From Candidatus Brockarchaeota archaeon (GTDB lineage: Archaea > Thermoproteota > EX4484-205 > JAAOZP01), in contig JAFNIT010000004.1 in assembly GCA_017601345.1 (NCBI GenBank), positions 379-64,378 on the forward strand: 64,000 nt of DNA, in the 5' to 3' direction. Numbering within the stretch: position 1 is the first letter of the stretch; each line of letters begins with the position of its first letter. The position numbers were made by a program, and so were the translations under genes. The notes under the pieces were generated by a model. It saw only the letters and a program-made list of their open reading frames with translations. It was not told where the DNA came from and ran no database searches. This document shows, one piece after another, positions 55,390 through 64,000 of this stretch.

Positions 55390-56348
55390 TTCTGAACATC
55401 TGCGGCTAAAGCAGCTAATACAGTACTTATCTGTATCTCGGCATCAGCACCCATTGCCACTCGAAAGTTAGCCTCTCCAAGAGCATTAACAACCTGGAGC
55501 CTCTTTCTCTCATCAATCTCTATAGACATGAGTTCAGAATTCATCTCCCTCAGTATGTCGTTTGCTGACAAGCCGTCGTCGTACAAGAGTTTTGCAAGCC
55601 TCTTTCTCGCCGATGTAAAGTCGCCCTTTAATGCTTCGCTTATCATCTCCCCGACCTCTCTTGGATGGAGAACACCCACTACCTGTTTTACGCTCTCCCC
55701 GGTGATTTTCTTCAACCCCCCGGCGGCGGACTGCGCTATGTTTATCGCCTTCCTCATATCACCCCTAGCGGCCTTAACTATCTCGTCTATGGCCTCCTCA
55801 GTCCAAGATACTCCTTCCTTCTCTAATACCCTTATAACGCCCTCCCTTACGTGTGTTGGACTAAGAGGAGGGAACCTGAACACCGCGCATCTTGATTGAA
55901 TGGGCTCAATTATCCCCCATTGATAATTTGCAAGAAGTATGAATCTAGTGACTGAAGCATATCTCTCCATTATTCTCCTTAGGGCCTGTTGAGCATCCTG
56001 CGTCATGTTATCACTCTCGTCTAATATGAGTATCTTGAAGGGGATTTCCGTAGAGGGCCTGCTCCTAGCGAAGTCCTTCACCACCTCCCTTATGGTATTT
56101 ATACCCCTCTCGTCTGAAGCATTGAGCTCCATGAACCTGCCTGCAGTAGAGCCTTGGTAAAGGTCGTTTACAAGAGCTAAAGCAGCAGTAGTCTTCCCAG
56201 TACCCGGGGGGCCGACGAAAAGCATGTTTGGAACATTTCCAGACTTTACAAATGCCTTAAGCCTGGTTACAATCTCTTCTCGGTCTATTATCTCGTCAAG
56301 TGTTTTCGGCCTATACTTCTCGACCCATAGAAGGTCTGATATGCTCAT
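55386..56348 (-). CDS. rfcS: Replication factor C small subunit (no intein)
   Basis: WVEKYRPKTLDEI, GPPGTGKTT, ILDESDNM, SRC motif (QSRCAVFRF). Confidence 0.9.
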   Translation of the reverse strand: MSISDLLWVEKYRPKTLDEIIDREEIVTRLKAFVKSGNVPNMLFVGPPGTGKTTAALALVNDLYQGSTAGRFMELNASDERGINTIREVVKDFARSRPSTEIPFKILILDESDNMTQDAQQALRRIMERYASVTRFILLANYQWGIIEPIQSRCAVFRFPPLSPTHVREGVIRVLEKEGVSWTEEAIDEIVKAARGDMRKAINIAQSAAGGLKKITGESVKQVVGVLHPREVGEMISEALKGDFTSARKRLAKLLYDDGLSANDILREMNSELMSIEIDERKRLQVVNALGEANFRVAMGADAEIQISTVLAALAADVQK

Positions 56349-56407
56349 CGCTATGGAAATGGTGGTTGTTTAAAGTTAAATGTTTCGCTTAACAGGCTAA
56401 TTAAGAG

Positions 56408-56971
56408 TTGGATAGTATAACTAAGGAGTTGCTCAACTGGATTGTCAGGAGAGAGTTGAAAAGAATAAGGTTGAGATATGAGCTTGAAGAAACCGTGGTA
56501 ATCCCACAGGTTGATTCGAAAAGCATCCGGCTACCCGGGCTGGGCGAGGTGGTTATGGAGAAGGGGAAGGCGATAAGGGTTTACAGGGGAGTGGCGAACC
56601 AGCTGGCGAATTCTGGCTGGGCTAAAATGAGCGAGGAGCATTTAACCGTGAAAGATGTCGCTTCCATGAGATGGCTTGAATCTTCTGAAGAAGGGCTCAT
56701 CAAGCTCCCAGATTTCTTTTACCTTAAGGCTGTAAAGATGACTGGGAATAAGGGTGCGAAGAACATTGAGATCCAGAACGATCTGCAAGAAATAATAGAC
56801 ATAAGGCTTAGAAAACTGGTTAAATTAGTGTTTTTAAAGGAGGCTCCTACGAGTGTTCTAGAGCGGCTACAGCCAGAGGAGTTGCTTCTGTACAACCTTC
56901 TTAAGGAAGCTTTAAACATTTGGCAGAGGGAGTTGATTTATTCGGATGGAGGACAGCAGAGTCAGATCTAA
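56408..56971 (+). CDS. GINS subunit, Gins23-type (B-A domain order)
   Basis: 187 aa. A beta-rich part (LPGLGEVVMEKGKAIRVYRGVANQLANSGWA) precedes the helical part (LIKLPDFFYLK...IDIRLRKLVKLV). Sits immediately upstream of and overlapping mcm, as in Sulfolobus. TTG start. Confidence 0.5.
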   Translation: MDSITKELLNWIVRRELKRIRLRYELEETVVIPQVDSKSIRLPGLGEVVMEKGKAIRVYRGVANQLANSGWAKMSEEHLTVKDVASMRWLESSEEGLIKLPDFFYLKAVKMTGNKGAKNIEIQNDLQEIIDIRLRKLVKLVFLKEAPTSVLERLQPEELLLYNLLKEALNIWQRELIYSDGGQQSQI

Positions 56972-59009
56972 GACCCCGATTCAAAGCCTGTTCCTAGATT
57001 TCCTACGAAATTTCAGAGACGAGAATAATGAGAGGAAATACTATGATCAGATAGCATCCCTCCCCTCTCTCGGAGCATCATCCATCGTCATAGATTTCCA
57101 AGACATGCTTTCCTATAACCGGGAGATCGTCGAGGAGATCGTCGAGAACCCTTCTGTCTTAGAAGAACTTGGGAGCATCGCCCTATCCATCTTGAGCAGT
57201 CTAGACAGGGACTATGCTTCAAAAATACAACGGGTTGCTGTAAGGATAAGAGGCCTTGGAAAGAAGATATCGATTAGAGACATAAAATCCAGCCTATTGG
57301 GGAAGCTAGTATGTTTCGAAGGAGTTGTGGTAAGGGCCTCTGAAATAAAAAGCATACTTGTTAAGGGAGTCTTCCAATGCAAGACTTGCGGCAGCATATA
57401 CGAAGAGCCTCAGACAGGACTCGTTTTAAAACCGCCGCGTTGCGACGTTTGTGGAACAAGCAAACTCTCGAATTTCGAATTACTGCAGGACCGTTCCGAG
57501 TTCATGGATTACCAAGAGATAAGGGTTCAGGAGAAGCCTGAGGACCTGCCGGCGGGTGTGATGCCACACAGTATAAATCTTAGGCTTACTGGAGACTTGA
57601 CTGATCGAGTCAGGCCTGGGGACAGGGTTCAGATAACTGGAGTAGTAACCGCCACCCCCGACAGGCATCCTCTGAAGAATCTTCAATATACGACTTTCTC
57701 GCTCAGCATCGAGGTGAACTATATTGAAGCCTTAATGCAGGAGCTTGGAGAAGTCACGTTAACGCCCGAAGAAGAGAAGAAGATTATTGAAATGAGCAGG
57801 GACCCATGGATATACCAGAAGCTGATAAAGTCTATAGCACCATCCATATACGGTCTCGAAGAGATTAAGGAAGCAATCCTCTTACAGATGGTTGGGGGAG
57901 TGAGGAGAACCTATCCTGACGGCGTGACCGTCAGGGGAGACATAAACCTGCTTCTAATAGGCGACCCGGGCACAGCTAAAAGCCAGCTTCTCAAATATGT
58001 TCAAAGGATAGCCCCAAGGGGGCTTTACACTTCTGGAAGAGGGGTTACGGCAGCTGGCTTAACAGCCGCGGTTGTCAGAGACAAAACCGGAAGCTTCACG
58101 TTAGAGGCTGGCGCAGTAGTCCTTGCTGACAAGGGGATAGCTGCAATAGACGAGTTTGAGAAAATGAAGGCTGAGGACAGGGTTGCGATACACGAGGCGA
58201 TGGAGCAACAGACAGTAAGCGTAGCGAAAGGAGGGATCGTGGCAACACTAAACGCTAGGACAGCCATACTCGCCGCAGCGAACCCGGTGTACGGCAGGTA
58301 TGACGACAGCCTTAATTTCAGCGAGAATGTTGACCTGCCCCCCACACTGCTCTCCAGGTTCGACCTGTATTTCATAATAAAGGATAGGCCTGATAAAGAG
58401 GCGGATGCTAAGCTTTCAGACCATATCTTACAGCTACACATGGAGGCCTACAACTACAGTGATGAAATCATCCCCCCGGATCTCCTAAGGAAGTACCTAG
58501 CGTATTGCAAGAGAATAGTGCCTAGGCTCACGCCTGAGGCAACTGAGAGGATTAAGAACTTCTTCCTCCAGCTTAGAGGCAGCAGTCAAGAGGCAAATGC
58601 TCCAATACCCATAACACCGAGACATTTAGAATCTCTGATAAGGCTGAGCGTAGCCAGAGCTAGGGTAATGCTGAGAGACGAGGTTACTGTTGAGGATGCG
58701 GAAGTAGCTATAAGACTCATGGATTACAGCCTGCGAACAGCTGGCTTAGATGTTTCAACTGGTAAGGTCGACATCGACATTTTAATGACAGGAAAGTCCC
58801 GGAGCAAATGGGAGAAGGTGCGGATAATATTGAAGGAAATAGAGAACCTTGAAGCTGAAACCGGTAAAGCCCTTCTGAGCGAGCTGAGGAAAAGATGCGA
58901 GGAGAAGAAGATTGAACCAGACGAGTTTTACAAGCTCATAGAGCAGATGAGAGAGCAGGGAGTGATAATGTTCCCCGATGAGGAGACCGTTAGAAGAATA
59001 AGGCGTTGA
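56946..59009 (+). CDS. mcm: Minichromosome maintenance helicase MCM (no intein)
   Basis: Zn motif CKTCG...CDVCG, GDPGTAKSQ (Walker A), IDEFEKM (Walker B), SRFDL arginine finger. Confidence 0.95.
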   Translation: MEDSRVRSKTPIQSLFLDFLRNFRDENNERKYYDQIASLPSLGASSIVIDFQDMLSYNREIVEEIVENPSVLEELGSIALSILSSLDRDYASKIQRVAVRIRGLGKKISIRDIKSSLLGKLVCFEGVVVRASEIKSILVKGVFQCKTCGSIYEEPQTGLVLKPPRCDVCGTSKLSNFELLQDRSEFMDYQEIRVQEKPEDLPAGVMPHSINLRLTGDLTDRVRPGDRVQITGVVTATPDRHPLKNLQYTTFSLSIEVNYIEALMQELGEVTLTPEEEKKIIEMSRDPWIYQKLIKSIAPSIYGLEEIKEAILLQMVGGVRRTYPDGVTVRGDINLLLIGDPGTAKSQLLKYVQRIAPRGLYTSGRGVTAAGLTAAVVRDKTGSFTLEAGAVVLADKGIAAIDEFEKMKAEDRVAIHEAMEQQTVSVAKGGIVATLNARTAILAAANPVYGRYDDSLNFSENVDLPPTLLSRFDLYFIIKDRPDKEADAKLSDHILQLHMEAYNYSDEIIPPDLLRKYLAYCKRIVPRLTPEATERIKNFFLQLRGSSQEANAPIPITPRHLESLIRLSVARARVMLRDEVTVEDAEVAIRLMDYSLRTAGLDVSTGKVDIDILMTGKSRSKWEKVRIILKEIENLEAETGKALLSELRKRCEEKKIEPDEFYKLIEQMREQGVIMFPDEETVRRIRR

Positions 59010-59010
59010 A

Positions 59011-61224
59011 ATGGATTTAGAAGAACTGCCAATAGGAGAAGACGCTAAGAGGGAGCTTAAGAAAGCTGGTTTTAAAACGCTTTACCCGCCTCAAGAACAA
59101 GCAGTCAGGGCAGGTTTATTCCAAGGGGAAAACCTGCTCTTAGCTGTGCCCACTGCCTCTGGCAAAACTCTGGTTGCACAGCTTGCAGCGATATACAAGC
59201 TTGAGAAGGAAAGCGGTAAAACCGTGTATTTAGTCCCACTCAGAGCAATAGCTTGGGAGAAATATGTTGATTTCAGCATCCTACGAGGGATAGAGGGTTT
59301 TAAAGGGAGGAAGATTCGGATAGCTCTAGCAACCGGGGACTACGATTCTAAGGCTGAGGAGCTTGCTGACTACGACGTAATAGTCGCAACATACGAGAAG
59401 TTCGACTCGATAATTAGGCATAGGCCGAAATGGATAAACGAAGTAAATCTTGTTATTTTCGACGAAATACACTACGTGGATTCTGAAGACCGGGGCCCCG
59501 GCATAGAAACATTAGTATCCTTCACTAAGGCAATCCTGCCCAAGGCTCAATTGATAGCTTTAAGCGCCACAGTTTCAAACGCTGAGGAGGTTGCGAAATG
59601 GCTTGGTGCAAAATGCATAGTTTCCGAGTGGAGGCCCGTTAACCTTAGGGAAGGGGTTCTCCACGACTCTAGAATATTTTTCAAAGACGGTGAAGTCGTT
59701 GAGCTGAAGGATGAGTTCGAAGAACCTCTGCACTCGCTGCTCGCTTACTCGCTTAAGGATGGTGGTCAAGCTCTTTTCTTCGTTGAAACGAGGAAGAAGA
59801 CAGTATACTTGGCGAGGAAGCTTTCCTCAGTATCCTACCTATTTCTCTCCGAGTCTGAGAGAGAGAAGCTGAAGGAGCTTGCGGGAGAAATAAGGGAGAA
59901 TAGCGAGTCGACGATAATCGGAGAGGAACTTGCGAGCGTTGTTGAAAAGGGTGTTGCCTTCCACCACGCAGGGCTAACTAGTTTTCAGCGTAGGATGGTC
60001 GAGGAAGCGTTTAGAGAACGGTTTTTAAAAGTAATAACAGCAACACCAACCCTCGCAGCAGGGGTTAACCTTCCTGCAAGAGTTGTCTGTGTAACCTCGG
60101 TTAACAGATTCGACCCTGAAACACACACCAGCAGCATGATACCCATCATGGAGTACAAGCAGATGGCTGGGAGGGCTGGCAGACCCAGGTACGACAGGTT
60201 TGGAGAAGCAGTCATATATGCTAGGAGCGAGAGAGACATAGACTACCTGATGGCCAAGTATATCGAGTCTATTGCTGAACCGATAGAATCTAAGCTCGGT
60301 CTCGGAACGTATTTTTCAACAGCCATACTCGCTTCAGTTGCCAGCGGGATAGCGGTTGACGTTGAAAGCATTCTCGAAGTATTCAGAAACACGCTCTACC
60401 ATGTTCAGAAAGGTAGGGGGGTTTCAAACAGGGTTAAGAGGATTCTGAAAATACTTATGGGGGACGGGCTCATAATCAGGAGTAACGGTTTCCTTGAGGC
60501 AACGCCCCTGGGGAGGAGGATATCAGAACTATATATTTCACCATCAACTGGCATATTGTTTCTAAACGGTCTAAAGAATAAGCCACATTCCTTCACAGAA
60601 GTCAGCGGCTTAAACCTGATATGCGCATCTCCAGACATGAGGCCCAAGTTCGGCGTAACAGGCTCAACTGAGAGCTTTGTAATCGATTTCGTTGGAAAAC
60701 ACGAGTCGGAGCTCTACCTCGACATTGAGGACATTAGTCCGATGGAGACCTACAAGACGATGACAGCGCTGTGGATGTGGATAAACGAGTATAGTGAAGA
60801 CGATATCTATCTTAAGCTGGGTGTAGAACCTGGAGACCTTTATGCCTGCAAGGAGACGGCACAGTGGTTAGCATACTCTGCTAAGGAGATAGCTAGACTC
60901 GTCAAAGATCATGATGCTTTAAAGAAGCTTGAGGAGCTTGAGGCCAGAATAGAATACGGCGTTAAGCCAGAGTTATTAGAACTAGTATCTTCACTCGAAG
61001 GTATCGGTAGAGTAAGAGCCAGACGACTCTTCAGCCATGGTTTTAAAAAGCTTTCTGACGTCGCCTCAGCCAGTGTGAACGAGCTTTCCAGAATACCGGG
61101 GATAGGCCAGAAGCTAGCATTAAGCATAAAGAAAGAAGCCGGAGGCATAATACACAAAGAGGAGTGGAAGAAGAGAAAGGGGGGAGAAAGGATTCAAGCA
61201 AGCCTTGCTGAATTTAACGATTGA
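59011..61224 (+). CDS. hel308: Ski2-like DNA helicase Hel308/Hjm
   Basis: PTASGKT, DEIH, SAT, HHAGL, QMAGRAGRP, C-terminal HhH (GIGRVRARRL...IPGIG). Confidence 0.85.
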   Translation: MDLEELPIGEDAKRELKKAGFKTLYPPQEQAVRAGLFQGENLLLAVPTASGKTLVAQLAAIYKLEKESGKTVYLVPLRAIAWEKYVDFSILRGIEGFKGRKIRIALATGDYDSKAEELADYDVIVATYEKFDSIIRHRPKWINEVNLVIFDEIHYVDSEDRGPGIETLVSFTKAILPKAQLIALSATVSNAEEVAKWLGAKCIVSEWRPVNLREGVLHDSRIFFKDGEVVELKDEFEEPLHSLLAYSLKDGGQALFFVETRKKTVYLARKLSSVSYLFLSESEREKLKELAGEIRENSESTIIGEELASVVEKGVAFHHAGLTSFQRRMVEEAFRERFLKVITATPTLAAGVNLPARVVCVTSVNRFDPETHTSSMIPIMEYKQMAGRAGRPRYDRFGEAVIYARSERDIDYLMAKYIESIAEPIESKLGLGTYFSTAILASVASGIAVDVESILEVFRNTLYHVQKGRGVSNRVKRILKILMGDGLIIRSNGFLEATPLGRRISELYISPSTGILFLNGLKNKPHSFTEVSGLNLICASPDMRPKFGVTGSTESFVIDFVGKHESELYLDIEDISPMETYKTMTALWMWINEYSEDDIYLKLGVEPGDLYACKETAQWLAYSAKEIARLVKDHDALKKLEELEARIEYGVKPELLELVSSLEGIGRVRARRLFSHGFKKLSDVASASVNELSRIPGIGQKLALSIKKEAGGIIHKEEWKKRKGGERIQASLAEFND

Positions 61225-61313
61225 TTTACAATTATCAAGTCAAAAATATTGTGGTGAATTATCAATACTTTTTACGAGTAGATTAAATAGCCCGTTCCAG
61301 TAGAAATCCGGTA

Positions 61314-62048
61314 ATGGATTGCAGCAAGGTACTAGGTCTGCCAGTTAAAGATATTTATGAGAGGGAGGTTGGAACCCTCGTCGGCTTTGAGATCGATTCA
61401 AGGGGGATGCCCTCCAGCTTCTTCATAATGATGCCCAATGGAAGCTTCCTAAAGGTTGACGGAGAGGCTGTTGAAACTGGGAGAGAATACGTGATTTTGA
61501 AAAACTTCTGGAAGATAAAAGCCGAGAGTCTAATAAGGAGTATTGAGATAACTAAAAGGAGGATGGAGGTTCTTGAAAAGCTTAGGCAGGAACACCAGAT
61601 ACCTACTAACGTATACGACGAGCTTAAGAACGTGTATACGAAGGATATGGTTGAGCTAAACAACAGGGTTGCTGAACTGGTTTCAGAGCTGAGCAGGGTG
61701 CAGGAGGAACTTAAGAGTAGGCTTGACATGCTAACCAGAATAAGGTCTATAAACATGGTTCAGCTTTCTACAGGGGAAGTCGATGAAATAGGCTATAAGG
61801 CTGCTGAAACAATGATAGAGTCAAACTTGGACATAACGCTTCTAGAGATAAAGGAGACGGAGTCGATACTAGCCAGGTTGAAAAACCTTAAGCAGAAAGT
61901 TTCTCACGAAGCGACCATACCTCAAAGAAGCAACTTTATAGAGCTTTTAAGAGCCATTAACAACAGTAGGCAGCAGAGCCCTGACAGCCCGCTTGTCGTC
62001 AGGCTTCAGAGCGTTATGCAGAGCCAGCAGCAGAAAGAAACCCTCTAG
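61314..62048 (+). CDS. cdvA: CdvA-like cell-division protein (PRC-barrel + coiled coil)
   Basis: GLPVKDIYEREVGTLVGFEID...NFWKIKAESL, then coiled coil with IPTNVYDELKNVY. Resembles crenarchaeal CdvA. No cdvB/cdvC adjacent in this window. Confidence 0.6.
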   Translation: MDCSKVLGLPVKDIYEREVGTLVGFEIDSRGMPSSFFIMMPNGSFLKVDGEAVETGREYVILKNFWKIKAESLIRSIEITKRRMEVLEKLRQEHQIPTNVYDELKNVYTKDMVELNNRVAELVSELSRVQEELKSRLDMLTRIRSINMVQLSTGEVDEIGYKAAETMIESNLDITLLEIKETESILARLKNLKQKVSHEATIPQRSNFIELLRAINNSRQQSPDSPLVVRLQSVMQSQQQKETL

Positions 62049-62050
62049 TA

Positions 62051-63078
62051 TTACAATCCCTCGGGGCCAAGGTATACGGTGTCCTCAGCGTCGGGGCCAG
62101 TACCAACTATGGTGACTGGCACTCCCGTTTCATCCTGAATCTTCTTGAGGAAATCTATGCATTCTCGTGAGAGGGACTCCCTCCTCCTGGCTTTGGAGCA
62201 CTCTGGGAAAAGAACATCCACCTTGGTTACTGCTATCTGTGTAGCTCCGTTAACCCTGGCTGCACGTTTAGCCATCTGGAAATTGAATGGCGCAGCCCTC
62301 CTGAGCCTGCCCGTTACAGTACCCCTCTCCACAAAGCCTCTTTTCTCAGCTTCTTCAGGAGAAAGCTCATTCTCAAGAGGTCCTTTGCCCACTCTCGTCA
62401 CAAAGCTTTTTAGAACAAGTATGACTTCGTCAACCTTCTTCGGACCTACTCCAACTTCGCTGCAGACTGCTGCAGCAGTAGTGTCCCTCCCAGTTACGTA
62501 CGGATATGTACCATGGTAGAGGCTTAGGTAGAAGCCTTGCGTACCCTCTAGGTGAATCGTCTCTCCCCTGTCTAGTGCAGAGTTAACTTCTTCAGAAACA
62601 TCCGTAACATATTTTTTCAGCTCGGGCAGGTCTCTGACGAGCTTTGCCTTCCTAGTAACCCTGTCTGCGAGAGCGGGGGAAACACCCGTGCCAGTGGTGC
62701 CTATGAACTCCCTGAAAAAGTCACTACCCCTGTCAGCATCGATATGCTTCTGCTCGATTACAGAAGCCTTCTCGTCGATGAATACTCTTCCCTCGACGCC
62801 GAGCGTCTCAACTTCGCTCATAAACACTTTAGGGTCTACGTTAGCCCCGGCACCTATAAGCAGTCTTGTCTCAGGAACCAGGAATGCACTCGGCACCATT
62901 CTAAGCCTGTATGTATTGCCCTTGTAGACTACGGTGTGCCCAGCGTTTACAGAACCGACTCTAACAGCTATCTTCGGATGCTCCTTAAGTGCCAGGAATG
63001 CGGCGACTTTTCCTTCTAGGGACCTTCGAACGGTTTTCCCTCGTCGCCAAAGAATCCTGACACTATTACTGTAAGCAT
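62051..63078 (-). CDS. purA: Adenylosuccinate synthetase, reading frame interrupted by a 20-nt insert in the P-loop codons (candidate intron; otherwise a pseudogene)
   Basis: Exon 1 (63078-63036) is MLTVIVSGFFGDEG(K). Exon 2 (63015-62051) is (K)GKVAAFLALKEHPKIAVRVGSVNAGHTVV...GTTGTGVSPA...TQG...VTGR. The spliced length is 1008 nt (335 aa plus stop). Confidence 0.75.
63016..63035 (-). other. Candidate bulge-helix-bulge intron in purA mRNA (sense AACCGUUCGAAGGUCCCUAG)
   Basis: Central helix AGGG/CCCU, 3-nt bulges AAA and AGA on opposite strands, inner helix ACC/GGU plus 7-nt loop, outer helix GGCGAC/GUCGCC. Cutting after nt 2 of each bulge removes exactly 20 nt and restores GDEGKGK. Confidence 0.55.
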
Positions 63079-63166
63079 GCTAGCTCACACGCACGGTTTT
63101 GAAACAAGGAGTATAAAGCTTTTTCCATATTGTTTTTAAGCCTAGTTTAACATTAATCGAATAGGG

Positions 63167-63895
63167 TTGGTGAAGATCAAGTATGGGTGCTGCGGGTTCC
63201 CTCTTTCGATGAGCAGGTATTTTTCAGAATTCAGCCTCGTAGAACTCCAGTCTACCTTCTACAAGCTCCCCATGGTCAAGACTGCGGAGAAATGGAGGAG
63301 CCAAGCCTCCGAGGGTTTCGAATTCACTCTAAAGGCATGGCAGGGGATCACACACCCGCCTGAAAGCCCAACGTGGAAGAGGAGCGGTTTAAGTAAGGGG
63401 GAGCTTAAGGACTATGGTAACTTCAACCCTTCAAAGAAGGTTTTTGAAGCATGGGATAGGACCCTGGAAATTGCTAAGAGCCTACGTGCGAGGATAATAG
63501 TTTTTCAAACTCCCCCGAGCTTTAATCCTTCTCCGAAGAACATCGACAACATGAAGAAGTTTTTCAAAGAGATAGATAGGGGAGGGAAGATTCTCGCCTG
63601 GGAGCCTCGTGGAGAATGGTTGGAGAAGAAGAGTGTTACAAGAAGCCTATTGGAGAAGTTTGAGTTGACCCATGTGGTAGATCCTTTTTGGGATCAGCCT
63701 CTCACTACTGGAGTCTACTATTTCAGGCTCCACGGTCTCGGGAAGAGGTATAATTACAGTTACGAATACAGTCTTGAGGATTTGAAAAAGCTCAAGAACC
63801 TGATAGAAGGTTTAAAGAGCGCGGAGGAAGTGTATGTTTTATTCAACAATAAGAAGATGCTTGATTCTGCGAAGCTATTTGCTAGCCTCCTCTGA
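63167..63895 (+). CDS. DUF72 (UPF0759) family protein
   Basis: YGCCGFP...FSLVELQSTFYKLP...W......FEFTLKAWQGITH pattern. TTG start. Confidence 0.75.
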   Translation: MVKIKYGCCGFPLSMSRYFSEFSLVELQSTFYKLPMVKTAEKWRSQASEGFEFTLKAWQGITHPPESPTWKRSGLSKGELKDYGNFNPSKKVFEAWDRTLEIAKSLRARIIVFQTPPSFNPSPKNIDNMKKFFKEIDRGGKILAWEPRGEWLEKKSVTRSLLEKFELTHVVDPFWDQPLTTGVYYFRLHGLGKRYNYSYEYSLEDLKKLKNLIEGLKSAEEVYVLFNNKKMLDSAKLFASLL

Positions 63896-64000
63896 GCATC
63901 GCGGAGAATGGGTGTATGCATCTTTCTAGGAAAGAAAGATAACCCTGGTTATCCGCGGCTTCAACAACGTCTTCGCCGAACCTCATCTTACTTTCAGAAA
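63882..64000 (-). CDS. 3' end of an unidentified gene running off the window
   Basis: Own translation, open frame ...SESKMRFGEDVVEAADNQGYLSFLERCIHPFSAMLRGG*. Too short to identify. Confidence 0.25.
   Translation of the reverse strand, partial: SESKMRFGEDVVEAADNQGYLSFLERCIHPFSAMLRGG

Noticed and set aside
63014-63035. purA insert as a simple pseudogenising insertion or programmed frameshift
   Set aside because: Not fully rejected. It is disfavoured because the rest of the 335-codon gene is intact and the insert is flanked by GGAAAA codon pairs that reconstitute GDEGKGK. It also folds into a BHB whose predicted cut sites restore the frame. A +/-1 ribosomal frameshift cannot bypass the in-frame TAG and still produce the P-loop.

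Overview
Densely coded archaeal chromosome segment. The gene set points to Thermoproteota/Crenarchaeota: TFE-beta-like factor, CdvA-like protein, Gins23-MCM pairing, RpoP, S8e/SRP19/Gar1, and a tRNA with two introns, one at a non-canonical position. Housekeeping content includes purine and NAD metabolism (purB, purA, nadE), hisD, TldD/PmbA, HtpX, Trm1, RlmE, UppS and a geranylgeranyl reductase. A replication island holds an ORB-like inverted repeat, an Orc1/Cdc6-like gene, RFC-L/RFC-S, Gins23, MCM and Hel308. A canonical SMC-ScpA-ScpB operon is also present. Main second-look items: (1) a 20-nt bulge-helix-bulge element sits in the P-loop codons of purA, and its removal exactly restores the frame, making it a candidate mRNA intron; (2) a second, compact SMC-like/kleisin-like/MAGE-type kite-like operon at 30.8-33.9 kb has head motifs that resemble SMC5/6 more than canonical SMC; (3) a 161-aa mini-intein interrupts the Walker A loop of canonical SMC; (4) a leaderless small gene for a Pro/Ala plus AKK-repeat basic protein is missed by the ORF track; (5) a gene-decay patch (2.2-8.4 kb) holds three multiply disrupted genes. 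No rRNA, CRISPR array or transposase was seen. All functional calls come from reading the translations and recalling family motifs; no database search was run.
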